The translations under genes were made by a program, and so were the position numbers. From a virus (Duplodnaviria; Heunggongvirae; Uroviricota; Caudoviricetes), in IMG/VR virus record IMGVR_UViG_2711768015_000005: 41,351 nt of DNA. One strand, 5' to 3'. Below are positions 18,230-28,519 of this stretch, one piece after another; position 1 is the first letter of the stretch, and each line of letters begins with the position of its first letter. The notes under the pieces were generated by a model that made no database searches, had not been told where the DNA came from, and worked only from the letters and a program-made list of their open reading frames with translations.

Positions 18230-18703
18230 ATGTCATCCATTGATGCAGCTGTCGTTGTTGACGTTACGCGTCTCCAGCGAGTGTTTGCCCGGCTTCAGTT
18301 TGTGGGCGGCGGAAAAGACCTGGCCCGCAGTGTGGCGGCGAGTCTTCTGTCATCGTCAGAAATGGCGTTTGAGCAGGAAAAAGAGCCGGATGGTGAACGC
18401 TGGCATGACTGGTCAGATCCTTACCGTGAGTGGCGTACCCGTAAGGGATACACGCCCGGCAAAATCCTGACGCTGAACGGCGATCTGGCCCGCCGCCTGA
18501 CCACGGATTATGGCGATACCTGGGCGCTGATTGGATCAAATGAACCTTATGCAGCCATTCATCAGTGGGGTGGCCTGCCTGGTATGCCACCGGGACCGGC
18601 GGCCATTGGCGCACGTCCGTATATGGGCTTTGATCAGGTGGCAGAACAGGAGATCATGGACGAAATCAGAAAACGCTTTAAAAAGGCCACAGAAACGCCG
18701 TAA
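18230..18703 (+). CDS. Virion morphogenesis protein (Mu G-like)
   Basis: 157 aa; position between F and I. Confidence 0.7.
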   Translation: MSSIDAAVVVDVTRLQRVFARLQFVGGGKDLARSVAASLLSSSEMAFEQEKEPDGERWHDWSDPYREWRTRKGYTPGKILTLNGDLARRLTTDYGDTWALIGSNEPYAAIHQWGGLPGMPPGPAAIGARPYMGFDQVAEQEIMDEIRKRFKKATETP

Positions 18704-18880
18704 TGGTTTAAGGTATGCAAACGTATTACCTTACCCCCTTCAGGCGCGTGTCGTGATTTTCTAACCTGTATTTAACGGGCTTTAAAATCTGCGTGAAGCG
18801 CCTTTCTCATTCCCCCCCTGTCAGCACTTTCTGAAGTCCCGCAAAACCAGCCCCAAAAATACCCGGCTTATGCTGCCGGT

Positions 18881-20014
18881 ATGAAGACAGAAAATCACCC
18901 AAAAGACGCAAATCGCCCCTCCGGTTTAGCCGTGCTTTCAGCTTCGCTGACTGCATCCGGCGACGGATGGTGTCAGTTACTGCCAGCCGGTCGGGTAAAG
19001 GCCCGTGACGGTCGCCCGGAAAAACCGACTGAAGGCTGGCTGATTAACGAATCCGCCTGTAACCGGATGAAAGCCGGGCTTTCCGCCCTGCATCAGCCGT
19101 TACTGATTGATTATGACCATCACTCCGTGAATGCGCAGAAAAACGGATTCAAGGCTATTGCTGCAGGATGGGTTAAGCCGGAAAACATCGAATGGCGTGA
19201 GGGTCAGGGGATTTTCATTAAACCTGAATGGACACCACAGGCACAAAAACATATTGATGACCGTGAATATGCCTATCTGTCTGCATATATGCATTATTTC
19301 GCTGACACCGGGGAACCCTACCTGTTGCGCATGGCTTCCCTGACGAATGATCCGGGTATTACGGGTATGAACCCTGTCGCGGCACTCAGTGCTGATGATC
19401 TCTATGTCGTTTCCCCTTCTCAGGAGCAATCCCCCATGAATGAGCAATTACGCCAGTTGCTGACGGCGCTCGGTCTGACCGTGGCTGACGGTGACGAATT
19501 TACACCGGAACTGGGCACGGCGGCGCTGTCTGCCCTTACCGGGATCAAAACCCGTGCGGATGCGCACGACACCCTGAAAACGCAGGTTGCCAGCCTGTCG
19601 GCAGAACTGGAAACCGCAAAAGGCACACCAACTGGCGGCACTATTGATCTGACGAAATATGTGCCCGTTGAGACGTATAACGCCCTGCGTACCGAATATG
19701 CCGCGCTGTCGGCACAACACGGCAGCACCACGCTGGAGCAGTTGCTGGATAAGGCCGAGTCCGAAGGACGCATTTTCAAAAGCGAACGCGGATACATGGA
19801 AGGACTCGGACAACAGATTGGCGTCGCGGCACTTTCTGCACAGCTTGACGCCCGCCAGCCGGTTGCGGCTCTGACCACTCTTCAGACCGACACCGTAACC
19901 GTGCCGGATAAAAAGACCGCCACCGCTGTGCTGTCGGCTGAAGATATCGCCGCCGCACGTCTGTTGGGTAAAACCGAAGCCGAGTTCCTGAAAATGAAAG
20001 AGGAAATGCAATAA
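18881..20014 (+). CDS. Head protease/scaffold protein (Mu I-like)
   Basis: 377 aa directly upstream of the major head subunit; Ala-rich coiled-coil-like C-terminal half. Confidence 0.75.
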   Translation: MKTENHPKDANRPSGLAVLSASLTASGDGWCQLLPAGRVKARDGRPEKPTEGWLINESACNRMKAGLSALHQPLLIDYDHHSVNAQKNGFKAIAAGWVKPENIEWREGQGIFIKPEWTPQAQKHIDDREYAYLSAYMHYFADTGEPYLLRMASLTNDPGITGMNPVAALSADDLYVVSPSQEQSPMNEQLRQLLTALGLTVADGDEFTPELGTAALSALTGIKTRADAHDTLKTQVASLSAELETAKGTPTGGTIDLTKYVPVETYNALRTEYAALSAQHGSTTLEQLLDKAESEGRIFKSERGYMEGLGQQIGVAALSAQLDARQPVAALTTLQTDTVTVPDKKTATAVLSAEDIAAARLLGKTEAEFLKMKEEMQ

Positions 20015-20961
20015 TGCCTACCCCGATTACACCGGCGATGATCACCGCCCTGATGACGGGCTACCGTTCTGATTTTCAGGCCGGGATGTCCATGGCTCCG
20101 TCGCAGTACCAGAAAATTGCGATGACCGTGCCGTCCACCTCGAAATCCAACACCTACGGCTGGCTGGGGCAGTTCCCGCAGTTCCGTGAGTGGATCGGCT
20201 CCCGCGTCATCGAGAAGATGAAAGCCTATGGCTACGCCATCGTGAACAAAACCTTTGAAGGCACCGTTGCCATTAGCCGCGATGACTTTGAAGACGACAA
20301 TCTCGGCATCTACTCCCCGTTATTCCAGGAAATGGGTCGTGCCGCTGCGGCACAACCGGATGAACTGGTCTTTGCTGCACTGCGTGATGGTCTGAATGCG
20401 GCCTGCTATGACGGCCAGAACTTCTTTGATACCGAACACCCTGTTTACCCCAAAGTGGATGGCTCCGGTGATGCACAGATGGTCAGCAATATGTTTGTGG
20501 CAAAAACCGGCTCTGTCGGTGCACAGGCGGATTACAGCGGCCCGGCCTGGTATCTGCTTGACTGCTCCCGCGCGGTAAAACCGCTGATTTATCAGGATCG
20601 CCGCAAAGCCGAACTGGTTGCCCAGACAAAAGTCGATGAAGGCCGTGCGTTTACTGATAACGAGTTTGTGTTCGGTGCTTCCGCCCGTCGCAATGTGGGC
20701 TACGGCTTCTGGCAGATGGCCTACATGATGCAGTCACCGCTGACGCTGGATGCGCTGTGGCACGGCTGGTCAGCCATGCGTGACTTTAAGGCTGACGGTG
20801 GCCGCAAACTCGGCATCAAACCCACCCATATTGTTGTCCCCACCTCGCTGGAAAAACAGGCGGTGCAGCTGCTGGAGCGCGAGCTGTTCGCAGACGGTAA
20901 CGCCACAGTCTCTAACGAGATGAAGGGCAAGCTGGAGCTGGTTGTCGCGGATTATCTGTAA
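20014..20961 (+). CDS. Major head subunit (Mu T-like)
   Basis: 315 aa, start overlaps I stop; followed by a GC hairpin. Confidence 0.85.
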   Translation: MPTPITPAMITALMTGYRSDFQAGMSMAPSQYQKIAMTVPSTSKSNTYGWLGQFPQFREWIGSRVIEKMKAYGYAIVNKTFEGTVAISRDDFEDDNLGIYSPLFQEMGRAAAAQPDELVFAALRDGLNAACYDGQNFFDTEHPVYPKVDGSGDAQMVSNMFVAKTGSVGAQADYSGPAWYLLDCSRAVKPLIYQDRRKAELVAQTKVDEGRAFTDNEFVFGASARRNVGYGFWQMAYMMQSPLTLDALWHGWSAMRDFKADGGRKLGIKPTHIVVPTSLEKQAVQLLERELFADGNATVSNEMKGKLELVVADYL

Positions 20962-20965
20962 ACGG

Positions 20966-20989
20966 TGAGCCGGGCTTACGGCCCGGCCC
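20966..20989 (+). other. GC-rich stem-loop after the major head gene
   Basis: GCCGGGC-ttac-GGCCCGGC at about 20968-20987, no T-run. Confidence 0.4.
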
Positions 20990-21004
20990 CTGCGGAGGGC
21001 AAAT

Positions 21005-21364
21005 ATGAATGAACATCACACTGTGGCAGCAACAGATGATTCAGGCCTTCAGGTCAGTGGTGACAGTCCTGTCACGGTACTGGCAGAAGTGCGTTGCAGT
21101 CGTACGCATTTTCGTCGTGCGGGGTTCCTGTTCATGCGGGGACGCCAGCAGGTTGACGTCACCCCGGAGCAGCTTGCCCGACTGGAAGCGGAGCCATGCC
21201 TCACTGTACGAATACTACAGACGCCTGGTGATGATGCGGGAGCCGTGGCGGGTGTGGTTCATGCAGAGACCGGTGCAGATTTAGCCGAAGCCGAAACCGT
21301 ACAGGATGCTCCCCGGAAAAAGACCGGCAATAACGCCAGACAGGCGAAAAAGGCGCGCGCATGA
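21005..21364 (+). CDS. Hypothetical head-region protein
   Basis: 119 aa ORF after the major head gene, basic C-terminus. Confidence 0.5.
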   Translation: MNEHHTVAATDDSGLQVSGDSPVTVLAEVRCSRTHFRRAGFLFMRGRQQVDVTPEQLARLEAEPCLTVRILQTPGDDAGAVAGVVHAETGADLAEAETVQDAPRKKTGNNARQAKKARA

Positions 21365-21780
21365 ATTACGCCACCGAAACCGATATGCGGGCACGTTACC
21401 GCGAGGATTTGCTCAGGCCATTACTGGCCGTGCCCCGTTCGGATGAACCGGACACGCGCAAGCTGAACCGGGCACTGACGGACGCGTCTGCCCTTATCGA
21501 CAGCTATCTGTCTTCCCGTTACACGCTGCCGCTGGCGGTGGTTCCGGCGGTCCTTGTTCAGCATTGCTGCACGATTGCCTTTTATTACCTGTGCGATCAG
21601 CGGGCATCCGATCAGGCGCGTGACCGTTACCGTGAGGCGCTGGCCTGGCTGAAAGATGTCATGAACGGTAACGTGCCGGTCGGCGTGGATACAGACGGTG
21701 CGGCCCCTGAATCCGGGGATTTACCGCAGGTGCAGTCTGATGCGGCGGTGTTCGGGCGCAACCAGAAGGGCTTTATATGA
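21361..21780 (+). CDS. Mu-like gp36-type protein (DUF1320-like)
   Basis: 139 aa, start overlaps previous stop. Confidence 0.6.
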   Translation: MNYATETDMRARYREDLLRPLLAVPRSDEPDTRKLNRALTDASALIDSYLSSRYTLPLAVVPAVLVQHCCTIAFYYLCDQRASDQARDRYREALAWLKDVMNGNVPVGVDTDGAAPESGDLPQVQSDAAVFGRNQKGFI

Positions 21781-22340
21781 TTACGGAAACCGAGCAGGCG
21801 TACATCGCCCGTATCCGTGAGTATTTCGGGAATGAACTGGTGTCTGTTGACACACATCCCGGCGACTGGAGCGACAGCGTACTGCGCACCATGCTGATTA
21901 ACGCCCCGGCTATCTATGTTGCCTGGCTGGGTGCCGGTGAAGGGCGTACCCGTGGGCGTCTGGTCAGTCACTGGGTGTTCTACGTCATCGGCGACATGCT
22001 CAATGGCCGTGAGGTCAGCCGTCCCGGGCTTTATCAGATTGTGGCCCGCCTGATTACCGTGCTGGACGGCTTCAGAGCAGAAAAAACCTCACCGCTTTAC
22101 TTTGAAAAGGCGGTCAACGGTTACACCGAAACGCAGGCAGGCAGCGGTGCCGTGATGTACGCCCTGTATTTCTCATGCGAGGAAATGATCGACCCGCTGA
22201 CGGATATCAGCTCGCTGGATGATTTCCTGCGCCATTACGAAACCTTTACCGAACCGGAAGGCACGCCGGAATTTAAGGCACACATCCGTCTGCCTGGTGC
22301 AACTGCCGCCGGTGAAAACGCCGGACTGTCAGAGGAATAA
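21777..22340 (+). CDS. Mu-like gp37-type protein (DUF1834-like)
   Basis: 187 aa, start overlaps previous stop. Confidence 0.6.
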   Translation: MITETEQAYIARIREYFGNELVSVDTHPGDWSDSVLRTMLINAPAIYVAWLGAGEGRTRGRLVSHWVFYVIGDMLNGREVSRPGLYQIVARLITVLDGFRAEKTSPLYFEKAVNGYTETQAGSGAVMYALYFSCEEMIDPLTDISSLDDFLRHYETFTEPEGTPEFKAHIRLPGATAAGENAGLSEE

Positions 22341-22343
22341 CAG

Positions 22344-22622
22344 ATGACAACCATTTTTATTAAACCTGCGCCGGGATGCCTGATCCGCGATCCCGACACG
22401 ATGACTCCGCTCTCTCAGGACGGGGAAGAGAAACCCTTCACTCCGTTCTGGTGCCGCCGTCTTAATGATGGCGACGTCATTGTGGTGGATAAAACGGCGG
22501 AGCCTGCCCCGGCTGCCACAACTGCTAATACCGGCGCGGCGGCAAAACCAGCGGGAGCGGTAGCAGAAAAAACTGCGGCGGTGGCTGAAAAAACCGCAGC
22601 ATCAGATAAGGGGACGTCCTGA
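22344..22622 (+). CDS. Small protein preceding the tail sheath gene
   Basis: 92 aa with Ala/Thr-rich C-terminus. Confidence 0.5.
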   Translation: MTTIFIKPAPGCLIRDPDTMTPLSQDGEEKPFTPFWCRRLNDGDVIVVDKTAEPAPAATTANTGAAAKPAGAVAEKTAAVAEKTAASDKGTS

Positions 22623-24124
22623 TGATTAACTTTGATTATATCGGCGATAACAATCGCATTCCGCTGGTACAGATTGAAATCAATAATTCAATGGCCGTGA
22701 CCGGCACTCCACCACAGCGTCAGGCGGTACTGTTGTTTGGTCAGGCTGCAATGAAAGACACTACCATTCAGGGGCGCGGTCAGCTTGATGTACCAGTACG
22801 TATTACCCGAGCTTCACAAGCAAGAGAACTCTGGGGGCGAGGTTCCATGATTGCACTGATGGTAGAGGAATTTATCGCCATTAACCCTGACACAGAGTTA
22901 TATGCCATTGCACAGGGGGCTGGAACAGGTCAGTCCAGGGCATGCGTGATGAATATCATTGGAACAGCATTGGCAGACGGGGTGTTAAGTGTTTACATCG
23001 GCGGTCGCCGTTACCTCCTGCCCGTCAGTAAGGGGAAAAAAGGTAAAGAGCTTGTGGAAGAGCTGGCTAAGGTCATTAACGCTGACACTGATGCGCCATT
23101 CACTGCTATCGCAGCTGAAGTCAGTGGTGATAATGCTGAAGGACTTAAAGGCAGCATGGGGGTTAACGCCCGCTTTATCGGTGAATGCTCAGCTCATGAT
23201 TTACGGGTGAACTATTATGACGGTGAAACTACACCGGCCGGTCTTACGCTGGAGCTCGTCGCGCCAACACAGAAGGCAACAAACCCCGATATCACCCGTA
23301 GCGTCTCAGGGATGGGGAATCGTCAGTACAACTACATCGTCATGCCCTATAAGGATGCGGCAAATCTCAAAATTCTGGCGGATGAACTGCTGAAACGCTG
23401 GGGACCGGTAAAAATGTCGGACGGTATGGTCTGGATGGCGCATACCGGCACCTTCGGTACGGCAACCAGTTTTGGTGAATCCCGTAATGACTTCCTGTTT
23501 ACCTGCACTTCTATTCCTAAAGCACCAGAGCCGGATTATGTCTGGGCTGCCTCCATTTGTGCGGTCTGTGCGCCCTCCCTGTCAACGGATCCGGCCCGAC
23601 CATTACAGACACTGGCGCTGCCTGCCCGTATGGCACCTGAAGCACCGGATCGTCTGACGCGGGAAGAGCGAAACAGCCTGCTTTATACCGGCATGTCCAC
23701 GGTGACCGTCGCGGCCGCGGATGTGGTGCAGATTGAACGTCAGGTGACGATGTACCGTCAGAATGCATACGGCGAAATCGATCCCAGCTATCTGGATGTG
23801 GAAACCATCTACACCCTGTCATATCTGCGTTATTCCCTGCGCACCTTTATCACGCAGCGTTTTCCGCGCCATAAACTGGCTGATGACGGGACGCCCGTTC
23901 GTGCCGGTCAGAATATCGTGACACCGGAGATCATGAAACTTCAGTTAATTTCGCTGGGGGAAGAATGGGTGGATCTGGGACTGGTCGAAAATCTGGACAC
24001 CTTTAAAAAGAATCTGCTCGTGGAGCGCAACACAAAAGACCGTAACCGTCTGGATGTGATGTGTACACCGGATCTGGTTAACCAGTTCCGCTTCATGGCC
24101 GCGCAGATCCGTTTCATTTTGTGA
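22622..24124 (+). CDS. Tail sheath protein (Mu L-like)
   Basis: 500 aa immediately upstream of the tube gene. Confidence 0.8.
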   Translation: MINFDYIGDNNRIPLVQIEINNSMAVTGTPPQRQAVLLFGQAAMKDTTIQGRGQLDVPVRITRASQARELWGRGSMIALMVEEFIAINPDTELYAIAQGAGTGQSRACVMNIIGTALADGVLSVYIGGRRYLLPVSKGKKGKELVEELAKVINADTDAPFTAIAAEVSGDNAEGLKGSMGVNARFIGECSAHDLRVNYYDGETTPAGLTLELVAPTQKATNPDITRSVSGMGNRQYNYIVMPYKDAANLKILADELLKRWGPVKMSDGMVWMAHTGTFGTATSFGESRNDFLFTCTSIPKAPEPDYVWAASICAVCAPSLSTDPARPLQTLALPARMAPEAPDRLTREERNSLLYTGMSTVTVAAADVVQIERQVTMYRQNAYGEIDPSYLDVETIYTLSYLRYSLRTFITQRFPRHKLADDGTPVRAGQNIVTPEIMKLQLISLGEEWVDLGLVENLDTFKKNLLVERNTKDRNRLDVMCTPDLVNQFRFMAAQIRFIL

Positions 24125-24132
24125 GGTAAGGC

Positions 24133-24498
24133 ATGAGCGGAAAACAGTATCAGGGCACGGCCACCATCCGTGTGAACGGGCAGGAGTACGACACCCTTGA
24201 GGGGGCCACGTTCTCCCCGTCCGGCTTTGAGCGTGAAGTGGTGAAAGGCGCGAAAGTTTACGGCTATCGCGAGAAACCCCGTGAGGCGACGCTGGACTGT
24301 AAATTCCCGGCGGGCGGAGAAGGTTCACCGGCTGCCGATGAAATCAACACCTGGACTGCGGTCACGATTGAGTTCGTGGCCGATACCGGTGAAGTCCACA
24401 TGATGACGAAGGCCTGGAGCAGTGAACCGGCCTCGCTTGACGGTGGTGGTGATATCTCCGCGAAGTTCGCCAGCGCCACCAGTACCCGTGTCCAGTAA
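24133..24498 (+). CDS. Tail tube protein (Mu M-like)
   Basis: 121 aa directly after the sheath gene. Confidence 0.7.
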   Translation: MSGKQYQGTATIRVNGQEYDTLEGATFSPSGFEREVVKGAKVYGYREKPREATLDCKFPAGGEGSPAADEINTWTAVTIEFVADTGEVHMMTKAWSSEPASLDGGGDISAKFASATSTRVQ

Positions 24499-24512
24499 TC
24501 AGGAAAAATGTA

Positions 24513-24989
24513 ATGAGCACACGTAAGAAAAAAACGGCGGTTTCTGACGAGGCCGTGATGGAGGCTATCCGGGATGCACTTGAAGACGGCGATCCCCGCA
24601 CCGCCGGGCTGGCTGAACAACTGGCGAACGGCTATGTGGATCTGCTCGACGGTCTGCCGTTCGGGGAATCCCGTGAATACCGCGTCACCTTCCGCGAACT
24701 GACGGCAAAAGACAGCATTGATGCGGAGAGCGAGGCCGAGCGTCTTATGGAAACCCGAAACGGTCCGGTTCTTGTGGCCTCACCGGCACTGCGCGGCATT
24801 GCGCTGCTGCGCCGTCAGATTGCCGCTGTCGGCCAGATTGAGGGGCCATTGTCTCCGCGTCAGATAGGACAGCTCAGCGAGCGCGATCTCTCCCGACTGA
24901 TGGCGGCAGTAAGCCTGCTTGATTCCGCGATGGCCGGAAAGCTGGTCGCTGAACGGGGGCGACCAGATGCAGTGCCGGGATCAGATTGA
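24513..24989 (+). CDS. Putative tail assembly chaperone (Mu gp41 position)
   Basis: 158 aa between tube and tape measure genes. Confidence 0.6.
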   Translation: MSTRKKKTAVSDEAVMEAIRDALEDGDPRTAGLAEQLANGYVDLLDGLPFGESREYRVTFRELTAKDSIDAESEAERLMETRNGPVLVASPALRGIALLRRQIAAVGQIEGPLSPRQIGQLSERDLSRLMAAVSLLDSAMAGKLVAERGRPDAVPGSD

Positions 24990-25113
24990 AGAAGCCGCAA
25001 TTGTGCTGGGGATGGTGACAAAAAGCGGCCCGGAGTGGGCGCTTAACCTCCCCTTATCGCAGCTTTACCGGCACTGCCGACAGACCGAAAAAATTCTCAG
25101 AACGAAGCAGTAA
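24967..25113 (+). CDS. Small ORF overlapping the chaperone 3' end, upstream of the tape measure gene
   Basis: 48 aa from ATG 24967 in a different frame, G-rich SD-like sequence upstream; the frame is open from 24919. Confidence 0.3.
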   Translation: MQCRDQIEEAAIVLGMVTKSGPEWALNLPLSQLYRHCRQTEKILRTKQ

Positions 25114-25116
25114 CCC

Positions 25117-27174
25117 ATGGCAAAAAACCTGAAAGCCTCCCTGATTGTCGATTTACTCGGCAATATTTCTGCCAAATCCCGCCAGTGGTCACAGGAGCTG
25201 GGGGCATTCTCCCGTTCCGGCAGGACGGGGCTGGGTGGTCTTGGAAATGCAGCACGTCGTGCCGGTCAGGAGACAGAACTTGTCGGCTCCCGTATGCAGC
25301 GAACGCTTGCCGGTGTTCGTGGCAGTATCCGCACGGTGACGTCAGATTTTGACCGCCTTCAGGGCAGCATTACCGGCACCATCGGGCGGATAAGCAACCT
25401 TTACGGGATGCTGGCGGGAGGGGCTGCGGTCTACGGGTTTAATAAAGCCTTTATCCGCCCGGCCGCAGAGATGGAGAACTATATTCTGCGTCTCAACGCC
25501 ATTAATCATGGCGATACGGCAAAAACGGAAGCAGTGAAAGCCTGGGCGGTACAGAACGCCAAAGACACCACCTGGGGGCTGGCGGGGGTTATGCAGGAAT
25601 ACGCCTCCAGTCGCGGGTTCGGTATGAGTGACAGGGAAGCCCGTCGCTTTATTACCATGCTTCAGGATCAGGGCGGCTATCACGGCTGGTCACTGTCAGA
25701 TGCACAGGGTGCGTCCCTGCAACTCAAACAGATGTTTGCCCGCCAGAGTATCCAGGCAGCGGACGCCAATATTCTGACCGGATACGGGATTAACGTTTAC
25801 CAGTTGCTGGCCGATAAGCTGGGTGTAAACCAGAAGATCATCCGTGAGAAAGGCGAGAAAGGAAAACTGGGACCGGACAGCATTCGCCTGTTATTTCAGG
25901 TGATGGCCGAACAGGCAAAAGGTGCCCAGAAAAACGCCATGAATTCCTGGACGGGAATGACGTCCATGATGGGCGATGTCTGGGACGGATTTGCCCGCGA
26001 GGTGATGGCAAAGGGACCGTTTGACAGCCTGAAAAAGAGCCTGAAAGGCTTTCTGGATTATGCTGATGCGGCACAGAAAAGCGGCTTACAGGATAAGCTG
26101 GCCACACAGACGGCCTCAGCCCTGAATCAGGGATTTGAGTATGCCAGAGACGCTGCGACCGGCTTTTACCGGGTCATTCAGAAAGTCAGGGAAACGCTTC
26201 AGGCACTGCGCGACGCCGGTTATGGCGATGCGCTGGATCGCATTGGTCAGGGTGCGCAGACCGCCGCAAAGTACCTGATGTATATGTATCTCGCCTCCCG
26301 TGCGCTGAAGGTGCTCAGGTTTGCGGGGACGGGGGCATTACGTCTCGGCGCAACCCCCTTACGCTATGGCATGGCGATGACCTCCGTGCTGACGTCGCCC
26401 TTCCGCAAACCGCAGACCACTGTACCGGGAACGCAGCCCGGACGCGCTGGCCGGTTCCTGAATTTCCTTACCGGGGTAAATCCGGCTGCCGTTCAGCCCG
26501 TGCTGGTCACCAATTGGCCTGCGGGTGGCCTGGCCTCAGGTGGCGGGGATGTGGTGGTCAGCGGTGACGGCAAAACCGTGCGCGGCCGTAAAAAACGCGG
26601 CCCCGGACGTGGACGGGGTGTCACGACCGTCGTGACTGCCGGTGAGCAACTGGCGGAGAGTGCCGGTAAACAGGGCTTCTTCGGTCGTATGATGAGCCGT
26701 GCCGGTGGTCTGCTAACGGCGGCCGGAAACCGCATGGGGCTGGGGCGTTTTGCCGGGCTGTTCCGTGGTGCCGGTCGGCTGGGTGGTGGTGCCCTGTGGG
26801 CCGGTGCCATGGCGGCTCCTGTACTGCTGGACAGCAGCGCCAGTGCAGCCGATAAAGCCGGTGCCGTGGGTTCCCTTGCCGGAAGTATCGCCGGTGGCGC
26901 GCTGGGGGCGGCTGCCGGTCCGGTCGGGGTTGCCATTGGTTCCACGGTGGGCAGCTATCTCGGTGATTATCTGGGGGGCTGGCTGACGCAGGCCTGGCAG
27001 AAACTGCGTGGCGGCAGTGACGAAAACGGCGGACAGGCCACCGCGAAAACCGCCGCACGGGTGGAGCTTGTTGCCCCTGAAGGCTGGCGGGCGCGCAGTA
27101 TTGATGTGGATGATACCGCACAGCATGGCCTGGATGTGAACGTCTGGAACGGAGGGAACTATGGCCTCTACTGA
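25117..27174 (+). CDS. Tail tape measure protein
   Basis: 685 aa with Gly/Ala-rich C-terminal third, between chaperone and baseplate genes. Confidence 0.8.
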   Translation: MAKNLKASLIVDLLGNISAKSRQWSQELGAFSRSGRTGLGGLGNAARRAGQETELVGSRMQRTLAGVRGSIRTVTSDFDRLQGSITGTIGRISNLYGMLAGGAAVYGFNKAFIRPAAEMENYILRLNAINHGDTAKTEAVKAWAVQNAKDTTWGLAGVMQEYASSRGFGMSDREARRFITMLQDQGGYHGWSLSDAQGASLQLKQMFARQSIQAADANILTGYGINVYQLLADKLGVNQKIIREKGEKGKLGPDSIRLLFQVMAEQAKGAQKNAMNSWTGMTSMMGDVWDGFAREVMAKGPFDSLKKSLKGFLDYADAAQKSGLQDKLATQTASALNQGFEYARDAATGFYRVIQKVRETLQALRDAGYGDALDRIGQGAQTAAKYLMYMYLASRALKVLRFAGTGALRLGATPLRYGMAMTSVLTSPFRKPQTTVPGTQPGRAGRFLNFLTGVNPAAVQPVLVTNWPAGGLASGGGDVVVSGDGKTVRGRKKRGPGRGRGVTTVVTAGEQLAESAGKQGFFGRMMSRAGGLLTAAGNRMGLGRFAGLFRGAGRLGGGALWAGAMAAPVLLDSSASAADKAGAVGSLAGSIAGGALGAAAGPVGVAIGSTVGSYLGDYLGGWLTQAWQKLRGGSDENGGQATAKTAARVELVAPEGWRARSIDVDDTAQHGLDVNVWNGGNYGLY

Positions 27175-28519
27175 CACGCCGGGGCGTGGCTCCTTTCGTG
27201 GCGTACCGTTCCTGGTTTATCAGGAGCAGCGGGAACGGGGCGGACGTAACATTGTGCGCCGTGAATACCCACTGCGTGAAAGCGGCGGTGCGGATGATCT
27301 GGGGCCAAAACTCCCGGAGTTCACATTCACGGTTCTGGTGACCGGAGACGATCTTCAGACACAGCGAAGCCGCCTGCGTGATGCGCTGCGTGCACCCGGT
27401 GCCGGTGAACTGATGCACCCGGATTACGGCACGTTAAACGTGCTGATAAACAGCTTTGAAAGCCGTTATAACGCCAGCGAGCAGGGAACGGTTGAGTTCA
27501 CGATCAACGTGATCCCCGCCAGTGACGATACCGCCCCTGCGGTGGCAGAAGATACGGCAGCTGCGCTGGAGCAGAAAAGCGGCTCAGCAATGAATCAGCT
27601 GTTTAACACGCTTTCAGACGGCTGGACGGTGATTTCAGACGGTCTGCATGATGTACAGGCCATGACCGACACCATCAGCGATAAGATTGATGCACTGGAG
27701 AATGCCGTTTCGGGGATGGGGATTGTGCAGGATATCAGTGCCTTTACGGCCAGTTTTACTGCCCTGAAAGGCAATGCCGCCGCCCTGATTAATGCGCCCC
27801 GTCGCATGGCTGAATCGCTGGCCGGAATGTTTGCCGTGCTGACCGGGCTGCCCGGCGATCCTTCCCTGTCTCTGACCGGAAAAGCCGGAACGCCGTCCGG
27901 CAGCCTGACCACAAACCGTGACAGCATGGCAGAGCAGGCCATGCCGCAGCTGTACCGCACACTTTCCTCCCTGCGTTACACCCTCAGCGAACAGGATGAT
28001 CCACAGCGCCTGATTGGCCTGACGCCTGCGGCACAGAAAAATATCCGTCTGCTGCGGAGCGTGATGCAGAGTGCAACCCTGGTGTCGCAGGCACAGACGC
28101 TCGGAAAACTGCTGGATCAGGTCATCCGGCAGAATACGACGCACGTTCAGGATACTGACCGTTCGGGCGGACTGGCCTGGCTGGAAAGTTCTGCTGATGT
28201 GCAGCGTATCAACCGGGATTTGAGCGATGCCATGGAACAACAGGTGCTGGATCTGTCCGCACAGGGCTATACCGGGACTGCCCTTGCATTACGTGATGCA
28301 GGGCTTGCGCTGACAGAAGATTTAACCACACGGAGCGTGCATCTTCCCGGTGCTTTTCAGGTCATGGTTCGCACCACCGAACCGGCACTGGTCACGCTGT
28401 ACCGTGCCACCGGCAACAGCAGTCGCTGGCAGTATTTTGTCCGCAGAAACAATATCCCCGATCCGGTTTTTGTTCCGGGTGGCCGCAGCGTGGAGGTGAT
28501 CAGTGAGCAGCAGGATTGA
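27161..28519 (+). CDS. DNA circularisation protein (Mu N-like)
   Basis: 452 aa; N-terminus GRGSFRGVPFLVYQEQRERGGRNIVRREYP fits the DNA_circ_N-type region; position after tape measure. Confidence 0.7.
   Translation: MASTDTPGRGSFRGVPFLVYQEQRERGGRNIVRREYPLRESGGADDLGPKLPEFTFTVLVTGDDLQTQRSRLRDALRAPGAGELMHPDYGTLNVLINSFESRYNASEQGTVEFTINVIPASDDTAPAVAEDTAAALEQKSGSAMNQLFNTLSDGWTVISDGLHDVQAMTDTISDKIDALENAVSGMGIVQDISAFTASFTALKGNAAALINAPRRMAESLAGMFAVLTGLPGDPSLSLTGKAGTPSGSLTTNRDSMAEQAMPQLYRTLSSLRYTLSEQDDPQRLIGLTPAAQKNIRLLRSVMQSATLVSQAQTLGKLLDQVIRQNTTHVQDTDRSGGLAWLESSADVQRINRDLSDAMEQQVLDLSAQGYTGTALALRDAGLALTEDLTTRSVHLPGAFQVMVRTTEPALVTLYRATGNSSRWQYFVRRNNIPDPVFVPGGRSVEVISEQQD

Noticed and set aside
26493-27418. 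Long minus-strand and alternative-frame ORFs within the tape measure gene
   Set aside because: Pro/Ala/Arg-rich products generated by the GC- and Gly-codon-rich tape measure sequence; no independent start signals.
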